Source: Woeseia sp.
GTDB lineage: Bacteria; Pseudomonadota; Gammaproteobacteria; Steroidobacterales; UBA11654
Assembly (NCBI GenBank): GCA_019653755.1
Contig: BPCL01000004.1
Coordinates: 71,578-135,577, forward strand
DNA: 64,000 bases
Direction of reading: 5' to 3'
In this document: in pieces, positions 28,680-38,515 of the stretch
Numbering within the stretch: the stretch's first letter is position 1
Layout: every line of letters begins with the position of its first letter
Translations under genes and position numbers: made by a program
Notes under the pieces: model-generated
The model's input: the letters and a program-made list of their open reading frames with translations, nothing else
Databases searched by the model: none
What the model was told of the DNA's origin: nothing

Positions 28680-30412
28680 TGTTTTGGAATAATTGGCAGA
28701 AGTAGGTATGGCGCTCTACTCTCTCCAAAATGAAGCGAGGTCTGGCCATTAAATCTAGCATCTCTGTCGATTGGATCATTATGCAGGAATGGTCCACATC
28801 CCTTTAATTGATTCTTAAAATTAGAAAGCTTTTGTGGTTGAGCGTCTGGGCATTCGTAATCTTTGCCTTGGATTGAAAGCATAAGGTAATACCCCTTTGG
28901 AATAACTATTGACGTTGGCCAGATTTCGATATCCATCTCAACAATCTCACCTGGGTTGAGTACTGCTTTCTCGGTGTGTGAATGATAAGGACGCCATGGT
29001 CTTGATAGTTGCTGGTCTAATTTCCGATGAGATGCCCTCAACCATCCTTGAGCAATTGGTGTATAAGGGTCAACTGCTCCTTGAAAAACCACTTCATTAT
29101 CTTGATCACTAAAGAGTCTTAACACAACGAACAAATCAGCATCTTCCGTTGAGGATGAAACAAACAATTTCAAGGCCATAGGGCCTGTGATCTCTGTCTC
29201 CTCATCAAAAGGTCTCGACTTAAAATCTATACCATCTCCCATTGCGTCAAAGGTGATTGATGAAGAATCTGTATTTTTAATTTCTCCACTCATTTCATAT
29301 GCGTCATTCATGTACATTTTGGTCCATGTGGTTCTCTCAATCGGCCATTCAGTCTCATGACGTTTCTTGAAGCCATCAATATGCCTGACCTGTAATTGAA
29401 CTTTTGGTTGATCTAACCAATCATTCTTTATGCCTTTTAGAAAGTGATCAAAAAATCGCTTTTGAAGGTTTACACCATAATCTGTGTAGAATTCGGTCCA
29501 GTGTTCCAAACCATGAATCTCAAGCCATTTTTGCTCTGATGCAGCCCTTATAAATCCTTCCGTATTACCCCTAAGATGAAGTCCTTGGCCGCCCCAATTA
29601 CCAGCCGAAAGAAAGGGGACTGTAATCTTATCCCAGACCGCTGATCGCTCTTCGTGGTATTGATTGTTTAAGGGGTGTGCCCTAATTTCATCACCAAATG
29701 AACAACGGTTAACCTCGAGTTGCTCTTCACTTAACTCATCATTGCCACATATAGGTCTTCCGTTAAACTGATTGATCATTCCATTTTTTCCAAGGCCATG
29801 CTGTACTGTTTTAACTTGCATATCAAACCAATTGGCCCAGAAAGTACTTAGAATTCCTCCATGGTGTGTCATATCCCTATACCAATCGCTGGCACCCTCC
29901 CATATGCACATTGCCTTTAAATGTGATGGCTGTTGTGAAGCAACTTGCCATTGATTGATACCAAAGTAAGAAACGCCATTAATTCCAACATTTCCATTGC
30001 TCCATAATTGCACTCCAGCCCATTCGATGCACTCTTTAAAATCCATTGTTTCTCGCATGGAAAAGTGATCAATATAACCGGGAGATGCACCGCAACCTCT
30101 AGAGTCCACACGAACACAAACATATCCATCCGGAACCCATTTTTCTGGATCTACCACTTCCCAGTTCTGATATTTATTTGATGAGCCTCTTGTTACATCT
30201 GGATGTTTTTCAGCCATCCTGTCCCAAGCGCTAGGATATCCTTGTTGGAATGGAAGGCCTTTCGCATATGGTCCATAAGTGATCAAAACAGGATATACTC
30301 CCTCCTTAATTGGCCTAAAAATATCTGCTCGCAGCTCCAACCCATCATCCATCTTGATCGGAACATCCCAATCAATATGCATGCTATCTTTAATTTCAGA
30401 AAACTCCTTCAC
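28676..30412 (-). CDS. CocE/NonD family hydrolase (peptidase S15)
   Basis: DGLELRADIFRP, VDSRGCGASPG, GVSY nucleophile, ITGPMAL, GWLRASHR. Confidence 0.93.
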   Translation of the reverse strand: MKEFSEIKDSMHIDWDVPIKMDDGLELRADIFRPIKEGVYPVLITYGPYAKGLPFQQGYPSAWDRMAEKHPDVTRGSSNKYQNWEVVDPEKWVPDGYVCVRVDSRGCGASPGYIDHFSMRETMDFKECIEWAGVQLWSNGNVGINGVSYFGINQWQVASQQPSHLKAMCIWEGASDWYRDMTHHGGILSTFWANWFDMQVKTVQHGLGKNGMINQFNGRPICGNDELSEEQLEVNRCSFGDEIRAHPLNNQYHEERSAVWDKITVPFLSAGNWGGQGLHLRGNTEGFIRAASEQKWLEIHGLEHWTEFYTDYGVNLQKRFFDHFLKGIKNDWLDQPKVQLQVRHIDGFKKRHETEWPIERTTWTKMYMNDAYEMSGEIKNTDSSSITFDAMGDGIDFKSRPFDEETEITGPMALKLFVSSSTEDADLFVVLRLFSDQDNEVVFQGAVDPYTPIAQGWLRASHRKLDQQLSRPWRPYHSHTEKAVLNPGEIVEMDIEIWPTSIVIPKGYYLMLSIQGKDYECPDAQPQKLSNFKNQLKGCGPFLHNDPIDRDARFNGQTSLHFGESRAPYLLLPIIPKQ

Positions 30413-31285
30413 CTATTTTCCTTTCATATAATCAATTATCTTTACAGCATCTTCATGCATAAATCTCTCTTGCTTGATCGCCTCGGAATAGACCTCAAAA
30501 GAGGATTGTGTTGTCGGTATATTAATCCCCATCTCTTTTGCAGTGTTCAAAATCACAGAAAGATCTTTGACCATGCTTTTCATGTCAAAAGCTACAGGCA
30601 TATCTTCACCCATCATAATCGGTATTTTCATTTTTAGTACAGCAAGTGCAGCTGAGCTATCAGCAATCGCATCTAACATCATCTCATCACTTAGACCGCC
30701 TGACTTTCCAAGGAGCACTGATTCAGCTAGCGCTTGCCAGTATATTGCCAATGGAAGATTGACAACCAGTTTCAATAACGATCCCGATCCAGTCTTACCT
30801 GCATGAATCACCCTTCGTCCAAGAATATTAAGGTAGGGTTTTGCTTTGGTAATATCTTGGGTATTGCCTCCACAAAAGATTAGTAATTCTCCTTTTGCAG
30901 CAGGAGCAACTGTTCCTGATACAGGAGCATCAATGAAAGCTCCTGATTTCTTTTTGATTTCGTTGGCAATGCTTGATGTCGTCTTAGGCATGATAGTGCT
31001 CATATCAATAAATAAGCGATCTGTTACATCGCCACTCAGCAGACCCTTATCGGATAAAAATATTGACTCTACTGCATTATCATCACTCAACATGGTAAAA
31101 ATAAGATCAGAATTTTTTGAAACCTCTGAAGGAGTTTCTGCCACCAATGCGTCCATCCTTCTCAAAGGTTCTGTTTTCTCTACGCTGCGATTGTAAACAG
31201 TCAGTTTATGGCCCGCTTCTATAAAAAGAGGCGCCATTACAGAACCCATCTTACCTAAACCAATAAAACCAATGTCTTTTCTCAT
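30413..31285 (-). CDS. 3-hydroxyisobutyrate dehydrogenase-like (beta-hydroxyacid dehydrogenase family)
   Basis: GLGKMG, YNRS, IDMST, DAPVSG, KLVVN. Confidence 0.9.
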   Translation of the reverse strand: MRKDIGFIGLGKMGSVMAPLFIEAGHKLTVYNRSVEKTEPLRRMDALVAETPSEVSKNSDLIFTMLSDDNAVESIFLSDKGLLSGDVTDRLFIDMSTIMPKTTSSIANEIKKKSGAFIDAPVSGTVAPAAKGELLIFCGGNTQDITKAKPYLNILGRRVIHAGKTGSGSLLKLVVNLPLAIYWQALAESVLLGKSGGLSDEMMLDAIADSSAALAVLKMKIPIMMGEDMPVAFDMKSMVKDLSVILNTAKEMGINIPTTQSSFEVYSEAIKQERFMHEDAVKIIDYMKGK

Positions 31286-32572
31286 TCAATCTTCACGTGG
31301 TATGTATGCAATAAGGTCCAAAAGAGTATTTGCACCTTCTAAAACCATCGAATCATTCAACCCAATTGTAGTTGAAGCTGGTTTATCCGATGGAAAATAT
31401 CGTGCCCATTCCTCGATTGATTCAGCAAACCACTGCAGATCATTATGAAAGCAAGCTCTTCTAACAATATTTTCAACTGAAGACCCTGCTGATTCTGCGA
31501 TAGCATTGATATTAGTCATCATATATCTCATTTGAGATTGAGCAGGTCGTCCATACCATGGGGCTGCTGAATTTCTTGTCATGCCCTCAGCAATATTCCC
31601 TGATGAATCAAATGCCATCTGAGTACTGTAAAATAAGAGTTGCCCTACTTGGATAGCCTGAGGTTCATGACCAAATGGCTCGGGAGCATCAGATGTTTCA
31701 ATAGATTTTTTCTTTAACTGTGCGTCGTTAGTTAATGCCATTAAGGAAACTTCGACTTTTGCTTTGCTATGATTCATGCCTGACCTAGGTAAAACAAAAC
31801 GTGCTGGAGGGTTAGGAAAATGTTTTTTCCATATTTCATCCATCAACTTAAAATCATTGGGATCAACAATAAAAACTTCTGCCTTCACTGAATTCTCAAG
31901 TGAGGATCCAGCTTGCTCAAGCAATTCTGAAGACTTGCTGATCACTAGCTCCAATTGCTCTTCAAATGTATCTGCAATATAACCGTCCTTATCGGTAGGT
32001 GTCTGGTTTGAAACGAAAACCCACTCTCCTTTCTTTAAAGCATCAGACCCAAGTGAATTAGGGTTGAGGCTATAATGACTAACCTCATCATTAGTCTTAT
32101 AGCACATGACTTCCAGCTCTACTTTTGTGCCAACCCACATCAATTCTTTTATACCTATAGTTGACCTAGTCGGCCCTATAGAGAAAGCTTTCTCTAATAA
32201 TTTTTCATAGGTATGTATGTCTATGTCATGCGAAAAAAGACCTTCTGGATCATTTTCTAGATTGGGTCTATCTGAAACAAACCATTCCCAGATTCTTACA
32301 CTGTCTTCAGACATATTCAAACCAGCGGCTTGAACAGTTTGAGCCATATTCCCTAACACAAACTCTGATTGCATACCTAACCCTGTGGAAGGGTCTTTAT
32401 CCTCTGGTATTAGATTTTTTGGTACACCGGTTTTAAAATCACTAGCAAGCTGACCTGCAATAAAAACCCAATCACCGACTTTAACTGCTGGCGAGTATGG
32501 CATTACAGGCTTAGGAACCCCTTCTTCTAAGCCAGGCCAGATTGCAATTGGCGTATTGTCATCCTTTTTCAT
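31286..32572 (-). CDS. RidA/YjgF-family protein with three tandem domains
   Basis: PYSPAVKVGDWVFIAGQ / GEWVFVSNQ / QAIQVGQLLFYSTQ; AGSSLENSVK and AGSSVENIVR repeats; 428 aa. Confidence 0.85.
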   Translation of the reverse strand: MKKDDNTPIAIWPGLEEGVPKPVMPYSPAVKVGDWVFIAGQLASDFKTGVPKNLIPEDKDPSTGLGMQSEFVLGNMAQTVQAAGLNMSEDSVRIWEWFVSDRPNLENDPEGLFSHDIDIHTYEKLLEKAFSIGPTRSTIGIKELMWVGTKVELEVMCYKTNDEVSHYSLNPNSLGSDALKKGEWVFVSNQTPTDKDGYIADTFEEQLELVISKSSELLEQAGSSLENSVKAEVFIVDPNDFKLMDEIWKKHFPNPPARFVLPRSGMNHSKAKVEVSLMALTNDAQLKKKSIETSDAPEPFGHEPQAIQVGQLLFYSTQMAFDSSGNIAEGMTRNSAAPWYGRPAQSQMRYMMTNINAIAESAGSSVENIVRRACFHNDLQWFAESIEEWARYFPSDKPASTTIGLNDSMVLEGANTLLDLIAYIPRED

Positions 32573-32661
32573 TGTACGATCATTATCTCCACCCCACCCC
32601 CCAAAGATAGCATGGCATTTATATGCATAGTTAATTGTTATATTTTCTTAGATAATATACT

Positions 32662-32679
32662 ATTTATCAACTGATCAAT
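32662..32679. promoter_or_regulatory. Palindromic operator copy 8, ATTTATCAACTGATCAAT
   Basis: Divergent RidA/LLM intergenic region, 25 bp from the LLM start. Confidence 0.82.
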
Positions 32680-32704
32680 AATTATAGCTTCAAGTAACCT
32701 TTTT

Positions 32705-33781
32705 ATGAAATTATCAATGTTCACAATGCCGTTGCATCCACCTTCTCGTGATTATCACGAAGTGCTCGAGGAGGATAGAGAGGCCATTATTTATGCTGAT
32801 ACATTAGGTTTTTCAGAAGCTTTTATAGGCGAACATATAACTGATCGTGCCGAACCAATAACATCATGCCTAATATTCATAGCCAGCCTAATAGACTCAA
32901 CAAACCAAATCAAACTTGGGAGCGGTACTGTCAATCTACCTAATGCTCACCCCGCAACGATCGCAGCTCAAGTTGCTATGATTGATAATATGCTAGAGGG
33001 TCGCTTTCTATTCGGAATAAGCCCTGGAGGGCTTCTCTCCGATGCAGAGATATTTGAAAATTTAGAAAATGATAGAACAGAAATGTTCGTTGAGTCTATA
33101 AATCATATTCTAGACATTTGGTCTAAACCAGCTCCCTATAATCTCGAAGGTAAATATTGGAACATTACAACTGAAAAAAACTTTGTTGAGGAAACTGGTC
33201 AAGGCATTATTGTGTCCCCATTCCAAGATCCTCACCCTCCAATAGTGGTTACTGTAGTAGCCCCTTTCTCAAAAGGCATTGTGTCTGCAGCTGAAAGAGG
33301 CTGGGAACCAATTTCAGCGAACTTTTTACAACCAAATTGGGTAGCTTCACATTGGCCTATGTACCAAAAAGGTTGTGAACAAGGGGGTTATGAGGCAGAC
33401 CCTAAAAATTGGAGAGTGGCAAAGAGTATTTTTGTAGCTGATGATGAAAAGACTGCTCAAGAATATGGGAAAGGTGAGGATGGTCCTTATAATTTCTACT
33501 TTAAGCAAATAATGAAGAAATTGATCGGCAATGGAAGACCAGACCTTTTCAAGCACGATAGAGACATGCCTGATTCTGATGTAACGCTAGATTATGTCCT
33601 TGATTCTATGGTGATCTGTGGCACCAGTGAAAGTGTAGTGGAGCAAATTGAAGCATTTAAAGATATTACAGGAGAATTTGGAACACTTGTTTACGCTGCC
33701 CATGATTGGGTTAATCCTGAGCTTTCAAAAAGGTCTATGGAGCTAATGGCGAATGAGGTAATGCCAAGACTCAATAAGTGA
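32705..33781 (+). CDS. LLM-class (luciferase-like) flavin-dependent monooxygenase
   Basis: GFSEAFIGEH, IKLGSG, HPATIA, GRFLFGISPG, PFQDPHPPI, SMELMANEVMP. Confidence 0.92.
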   Translation: MKLSMFTMPLHPPSRDYHEVLEEDREAIIYADTLGFSEAFIGEHITDRAEPITSCLIFIASLIDSTNQIKLGSGTVNLPNAHPATIAAQVAMIDNMLEGRFLFGISPGGLLSDAEIFENLENDRTEMFVESINHILDIWSKPAPYNLEGKYWNITTEKNFVEETGQGIIVSPFQDPHPPIVVTVVAPFSKGIVSAAERGWEPISANFLQPNWVASHWPMYQKGCEQGGYEADPKNWRVAKSIFVADDEKTAQEYGKGEDGPYNFYFKQIMKKLIGNGRPDLFKHDRDMPDSDVTLDYVLDSMVICGTSESVVEQIEAFKDITGEFGTLVYAAHDWVNPELSKRSMELMANEVMPRLNK

Positions 33782-33783
33782 CC

Positions 33784-34551
33784 CTAACTAGCCTTTAGGA
33801 AGCTAATCACTTCATTCAAAAATTTTTCTTGCTGTTCCAACACTGATAGGTGTTTTGCATCAGTTAACCATTTGACTTTTGAGTTTTGTATGTTTCTTTC
33901 AAACCAATAAGCCGCGTCCCTAAATAATATATTGTCTTGGTCACCGCAAAGAATTAGTGTTTCTGATTTAATCAAAGACGTGGAATCTTCTAAATTACAT
34001 GCAGATAGAGCTTCACAAGCTTTTGCGTAAGATTCACCATTCATCTTAGATATTGTGGCTCTACAGTAATCAATTACTTGATTATTTGCTTCCAGATAAT
34101 CCTTTGTGAAGAAAGCATCTAGAAACTGATCAATCATATCTTGAAGGCCTCCCTCTCTTGCTTTTGCTGCTCTCTGAGTCCAGTTGGCTTGCCATTCTTG
34201 TGAATATTTATTTGTGGTGCTAACCAGGATTAATTTATTAATAATGTCAGGGTTCTTAGCTGCAAAATCCTGAAGAATCATCCCGCCAATAGAAAGCCCC
34301 AAAAAATCGGCATCCACTATTCCAAGATCAGTCAATGAAACTTTCAAAGAATGTGATAAATCTTCAATACTATAGTTCTGTTCTGAGTGAGGACTTAAAC
34401 CATGACCAGGCAGATCATAGGTCATAACGGTTCTATATTTTGAAAGCTCACCTAAACAATAATCCCAAGTACGATGATCTAGGCCTAAAGGATGAATCAT
34501 AATTAGAGGTCGCCCTGATCCTGAACTAAAAAACTCAATAGAATCAGGCAT
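33784..34551 (-). CDS. Alpha/beta hydrolase (PcaD/RutD-like)
   Basis: IHPLG, YDLPGHG, GLSIGG nucleophile elbow, GDQD, AKHL. Confidence 0.88.
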   Translation of the reverse strand: MPDSIEFFSSGSGRPLIMIHPLGLDHRTWDYCLGELSKYRTVMTYDLPGHGLSPHSEQNYSIEDLSHSLKVSLTDLGIVDADFLGLSIGGMILQDFAAKNPDIINKLILVSTTNKYSQEWQANWTQRAAKAREGGLQDMIDQFLDAFFTKDYLEANNQVIDYCRATISKMNGESYAKACEALSACNLEDSTSLIKSETLILCGDQDNILFRDAAYWFERNIQNSKVKWLTDAKHLSVLEQQEKFLNEVISFLKAS

Positions 34552-34553
34552 CT

Positions 34554-35450
34554 TTACTGACTTTTTTCCTGATCAGAAGCTCTTAATACTTCCATGACAG
34601 AAGCGGTATCTAATTCATTCAGATCTAGCTCTTCTGCTTTTTTGTAAAGTTGTTCTGTCATCTTAAAAAGAGGTGAATCAATCTCATGGTTATCAAGCAT
34701 ATCCCTTATAAGCTCCATATCTTTCTTCCAAACATTCATTTTCATTGATGCTGGAGAATAATCCTTGGCAATCATCATCGGCGCCCTTAATTCAAAAATT
34801 TTTGAAGTAGCCGCACCTGACGAAATTACCTTATAGAGTTCATTTAAATCCAGACCACTTTTTTCACCTAACCTTATCGCCTCGGCAGAAGCAACATTGT
34901 GAATAGAAACCAATAAATTAGCGATAAGCTTAACCTTTGTTGCGTTTCCAAAATCCCCCAAAAAAAAGGACTCTCTTGAGAATGTCTCAAGAACGGGTAA
35001 TGCCATTTCATAGGATTCCTTTAAGCCACTGGCATACATAACAATATCCTTATTCTCAGCCTGCCTGCCAGTTCCACTTATTGGGCAATCGAGGATGTCG
35101 ACATTAATTGCATTCAATCTTTCTTGGTTCTTTATTTTGCATTCAAGACTAAGGGTGCTGGTTTCGATGAGAAGCTCTACTTTTCGATTGTCTTGTTGAA
35201 TGATCAAATCAATAGTTTCATCAAGAGCTTTGTTATTTGGCAAAGAGGTAATAATAATTGATGATTGATCTATGATTTCTTTTAAAGATGAAGAAGTGTT
35301 TAAACCCTCATGATTTAATGTATCTATTATTTTTTGATCAATATCAAAACCTATTGGGCTAAATTCTGAATCATGAATATTTCTTAATATCGATGATCCA
35401 ATAATTCCTAAGCCGATAAGACCGATTTTTTTTGTATCAGTTTTTTCCAT
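34554..35450 (-). CDS. Beta-hydroxyacid dehydrogenase family NAD(P)-dependent oxidoreductase
   Basis: GLGIIG, ETSTL, DCPISGTG, KLIANLLVSIHN, WKKDM. Confidence 0.88.
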   Translation of the reverse strand: MEKTDTKKIGLIGLGIIGSSILRNIHDSEFSPIGFDIDQKIIDTLNHEGLNTSSSLKEIIDQSSIIITSLPNNKALDETIDLIIQQDNRKVELLIETSTLSLECKIKNQERLNAINVDILDCPISGTGRQAENKDIVMYASGLKESYEMALPVLETFSRESFFLGDFGNATKVKLIANLLVSIHNVASAEAIRLGEKSGLDLNELYKVISSGAATSKIFELRAPMMIAKDYSPASMKMNVWKKDMELIRDMLDNHEIDSPLFKMTEQLYKKAEELDLNELDTASVMEVLRASDQEKSQ

Positions 35451-35467
35451 CTAGGGTGTTGTTTTGA

Positions 35468-36124
35468 CTAAGACTCAAGATCCTCAATCTTAAATTTTTT
35501 AGAGCCTTCAAGAATTATCTTTACAGAAGTCAAAACAATTGTCTTGAAATCATTTAATACCTTGCTGTGATAAATATTTTTTCTGATTGCGTAATAAAAT
35601 AAGCCGCCATGCAACACCCAAACTCTTTCTAATTCGAGAGGGGTTATTGGGTGCTTTTTTATACTTGGTTGACCACATTCATGTCTTATCTCTTCACATA
35701 TTGGCTTAAGAAATTCATCCTCGACAATTCTAATGTATCTCCTGTTCATAGAATTGCCCATCAGCCCTGAATACATGTAAATCCTTATCCATTCATACTG
35801 ATGAACAATCTTTGCGTAAGAAATATAATAATCAACTAGTCTTTGTTCCAACGAAACAGAGCGGTCTTTAAGATTTGATGACCATTCAGGTTTAATCCAG
35901 TTAAGGTAAACCTCCTTAAATACCCTTTCAATTAGGTCATCCTTGGTTGGAAAATATCGATATAAAAGAGGTTGAGTTATGCCAATTCTTTTTGCAAGAT
36001 CTCTGGTTCTTCCATTGAAACCAAATTCAGCAAAGAACTGGACAGCCTCATCAATTATTTCCTGCTCTCGGTCACTTGGGGTTAACCTTTTTTTTGGTTT
36101 TAATTTAGTAAGCTCTGGCACCAT
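35468..36124 (-). CDS. TetR/AcrR-family transcriptional regulator
   Basis: FAEFGFNGRTRDLAKRIGITQPLLYRYFPTKDDL helix-turn-helix. Confidence 0.93.
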   Translation of the reverse strand: MVPELTKLKPKKRLTPSDREQEIIDEAVQFFAEFGFNGRTRDLAKRIGITQPLLYRYFPTKDDLIERVFKEVYLNWIKPEWSSNLKDRSVSLEQRLVDYYISYAKIVHQYEWIRIYMYSGLMGNSMNRRYIRIVEDEFLKPICEEIRHECGQPSIKKHPITPLELERVWVLHGGLFYYAIRKNIYHSKVLNDFKTIVLTSVKIILEGSKKFKIEDLES

Positions 36125-36130
36125 TTCTAT

Positions 36131-37120
36131 TTACTTTACTGGTTTTTGTTCTATCGAGTAAAGCTCTAAACTTGAAAGACTAGGTGTTTTTGGATCATAA
36201 GTTTCCGGAGCTGTAAAATACTTTGGATAATGCTTCTCAACATAATCCAATACTTGCCTGCTATGGACTTCCTCCAAATCCTCTCCTGAGCCCATAAAAG
36301 CAGAATATAGCATCTGACCTGGCTCTTGTCCCATCAGCATCCAGGGCAAGAAAGGAGTAATTCTCCCCCAAGTACCATTAAACGGTAGAGTGGTATAACT
36401 TGGGTCCTGCATCTGCTTGGCATCAACATGGAACGCAAACATTTCAGAAACTGTCACCATTGGACCGCTTGATTCTCTTACCCACTTCTTAGGATCAAGC
36501 GCATTCGGATAAAACAGATTGATATGAATCTCCATATCTATCCGGTTACCGCGCTGTTGCCAAGGAAGAATAAACGGTATTCTAGGCGGTTCTTCCTCAT
36601 TGAGTCCGCCAAATTTTGGTGGCGCAGGGAAATAATCTTCAATCACATAATTAAACGGATCATTAGCAATATGAACAACATCGACTGTCTCATTTGTCAT
36701 TGGATTCTTCCATTCTTCCAAGACTTCACCGCTTCTGAGGTCAGTGTAGAGGCCAACCTCTCTTAATATTTTTGCATAAGAGCCATCGGCTTGTTGTTCT
36801 AATCTAGAAACACCAAATCCCTCAATACCAACACAATCAATAATCGGTTTGTTTGGCCTCAAAGCCATGATGTAACCTTTGAACCATCCGTATTTCTGTT
36901 TTGACTGATCCAAATCACCGTTCATCCTAGAATAGGCAATTTTATTATCTGGGCCTTTAGATAAATCCAAATAAGGACCATTAAGAGCCTCTCCTCTAGC
37001 TCCCCCATAAGCTGCGGCTTGATCTGCGTGTGCCTTTTCAGAAAGCAACCCTAATGTTGCAGCACTTGCGCTAAGTGCGCCTAAATTTCCAATGTTCTTA
37101 AAGAATTGTCTTCGTTCCAT
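36131..37120 (-). CDS. DUF1838 family protein with Tat signal
   Basis: MERRQFFK...AHA signal; REVGLYTDLRSGEVLEEWKNPMTNETVDVVHIANDPFN; RITPFLPWMLMG. Confidence 0.8.
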   Translation of the reverse strand: MERRQFFKNIGNLGALSASAATLGLLSEKAHADQAAAYGGARGEALNGPYLDLSKGPDNKIAYSRMNGDLDQSKQKYGWFKGYIMALRPNKPIIDCVGIEGFGVSRLEQQADGSYAKILREVGLYTDLRSGEVLEEWKNPMTNETVDVVHIANDPFNYVIEDYFPAPPKFGGLNEEEPPRIPFILPWQQRGNRIDMEIHINLFYPNALDPKKWVRESSGPMVTVSEMFAFHVDAKQMQDPSYTTLPFNGTWGRITPFLPWMLMGQEPGQMLYSAFMGSGEDLEEVHSRQVLDYVEKHYPKYFTAPETYDPKTPSLSSLELYSIEQKPVK

Positions 37121-37131
37121 TATGTAAACCT

Positions 37132-38391
37132 CTATGAATTCATACTATTTTTTCCACGCTCAGAGAATAACAATACTAGCGATAAGATTAAAAGTGCAAG
37201 ATTAGCAAATCCCACCATTGTGAAGGGTGCGGTTGGACCGACGTTATCAAATAACCACCCGCCAATAACGGCAACTAAAAGAATACCAATTGCACCAAAG
37301 AAACTAAAACCACCAATGACAGCACCCCGACCTTTTGCCGGTGCTGCACTACCTATCAAGGATATTGCTGAAATGTTGGCAAAAATTTCTCCCAAGCCTA
37401 AAAGCGCTGCACCAAAATACATTTGGGTACTGAAAATATCATCAATAAAACCTAAATAGAGGTACCCGCATGCAGCAATAGCCATCGAAATAGCTAAAGC
37501 CATGACTCGATCGACTTTATCTATGAAGAAATTGATCAAAACTGCTCCGGGTATTGCAAAAGCTTGAACCATCACATAAAACCCCGTTGATAGTTTAAAT
37601 GCTTCTGCTCGAGACATATCCATAGAGATAGCTTCATTGAATAGCCATAGTGAGAAAAAGGTACTAACCACAGATAAATCACCTCTCGATACCACTCCAG
37701 CAGTATATGCAAGTGCGACTCTTGGGTTTTTAGCTTCCTTAAATGCAATTCCCAATGTTGAAAAATAAGACCCTTTCTTAGTCACCTGAGCAGGCGCACC
37801 TTTCTTCAAATTGGTGAAAAGTACTGTCGAAACAATTAAAACCATTACTGCGGCACACCATATTGTGTATTGACCAGAGAGCGCACTATCATAGCCTTGA
37901 TTAACAAAATATTCTGGGAGCCTTCTAAAGCTACCTATGATGAGCACTAAGCCTAATCCGTTCATAATTGATGTGGTTGCGATGAGTTTCCCTCTTGTGC
38001 TCTCATGTACATAATCATTCGCAGTGGTGGGCAACATAACTGTATTGCAAGCACAACCTAGAGCAATAAAGATACGGAATATGATGAGTTCAGTGCTGTC
38101 TCCTGCAAGCGGATAAAGAAAGTAGCCTATACCAAGAAGAACAAAACCCATGGAATAAACAATCCTTCTTCCCACTTTATCTGATAATGCACCAAACAGC
38201 CCGATCACACAGACCACGACTATCTCTTGCATAGCAGTCAACTTTCCTGCTAGAGCCCCTGTCTCATTTTGAGGAATCTCAAGAATATTAAACACCAGTG
38301 GGCCAAAGACATTTACTAATGCCATGCTGGCGATACCAAAGAATGCACCAAAAAATAATGTGAAAAGATGCCGCTTTTCTATATCCGGCAT
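37132..38391 (-). CDS. MFS transporter
   Basis: GALSDKVGRR motif A; about 12 TM helices. Confidence 0.92.
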   Translation of the reverse strand: MPDIEKRHLFTLFFGAFFGIASMALVNVFGPLVFNILEIPQNETGALAGKLTAMQEIVVVCVIGLFGALSDKVGRRIVYSMGFVLLGIGYFLYPLAGDSTELIIFRIFIALGCACNTVMLPTTANDYVHESTRGKLIATTSIMNGLGLVLIIGSFRRLPEYFVNQGYDSALSGQYTIWCAAVMVLIVSTVLFTNLKKGAPAQVTKKGSYFSTLGIAFKEAKNPRVALAYTAGVVSRGDLSVVSTFFSLWLFNEAISMDMSRAEAFKLSTGFYVMVQAFAIPGAVLINFFIDKVDRVMALAISMAIAACGYLYLGFIDDIFSTQMYFGAALLGLGEIFANISAISLIGSAAPAKGRGAVIGGFSFFGAIGILLVAVIGGWLFDNVGPTAPFTMVGFANLALLILSLVLLFSERGKNSMNS

Positions 38392-38459
38392 AGAGTTATG
38401 GGGCCAAATTTTATCCCCATTTCTTCAATATTGTTCTTTGACGATTCCATTGGTTGATT

Positions 38460-38477
38460 CATAATCACTTGATAAAA
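38460..38477. promoter_or_regulatory. Palindromic operator copy 9 (weaker), CATAATCACTTGATAAAA
   Basis: Core ATCA-CT-TGAT conserved; divergent region that drives the MFS-DUF1838-TetR operon. Confidence 0.65.
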
Positions 38478-38515
38478 TAAATATGTGAACAAAGCATAAC
38501 AATAAAGACTCATCT

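Noticed and set aside
32588-32602. C-rich tract upstream of the RidA gene as a phase-variable or G-quadruplex element
   Set aside because: Short, interrupted and single; no supporting context
3339-38477. Palindrome as a Fur or FNR box
   Set aside because: The half-sites are arranged in the opposite order (TTATCA-NN-TGATAA) to Fur (TGATAAT-N-ATTATCA) and FNR (TTGAT-N4-ATCAA)
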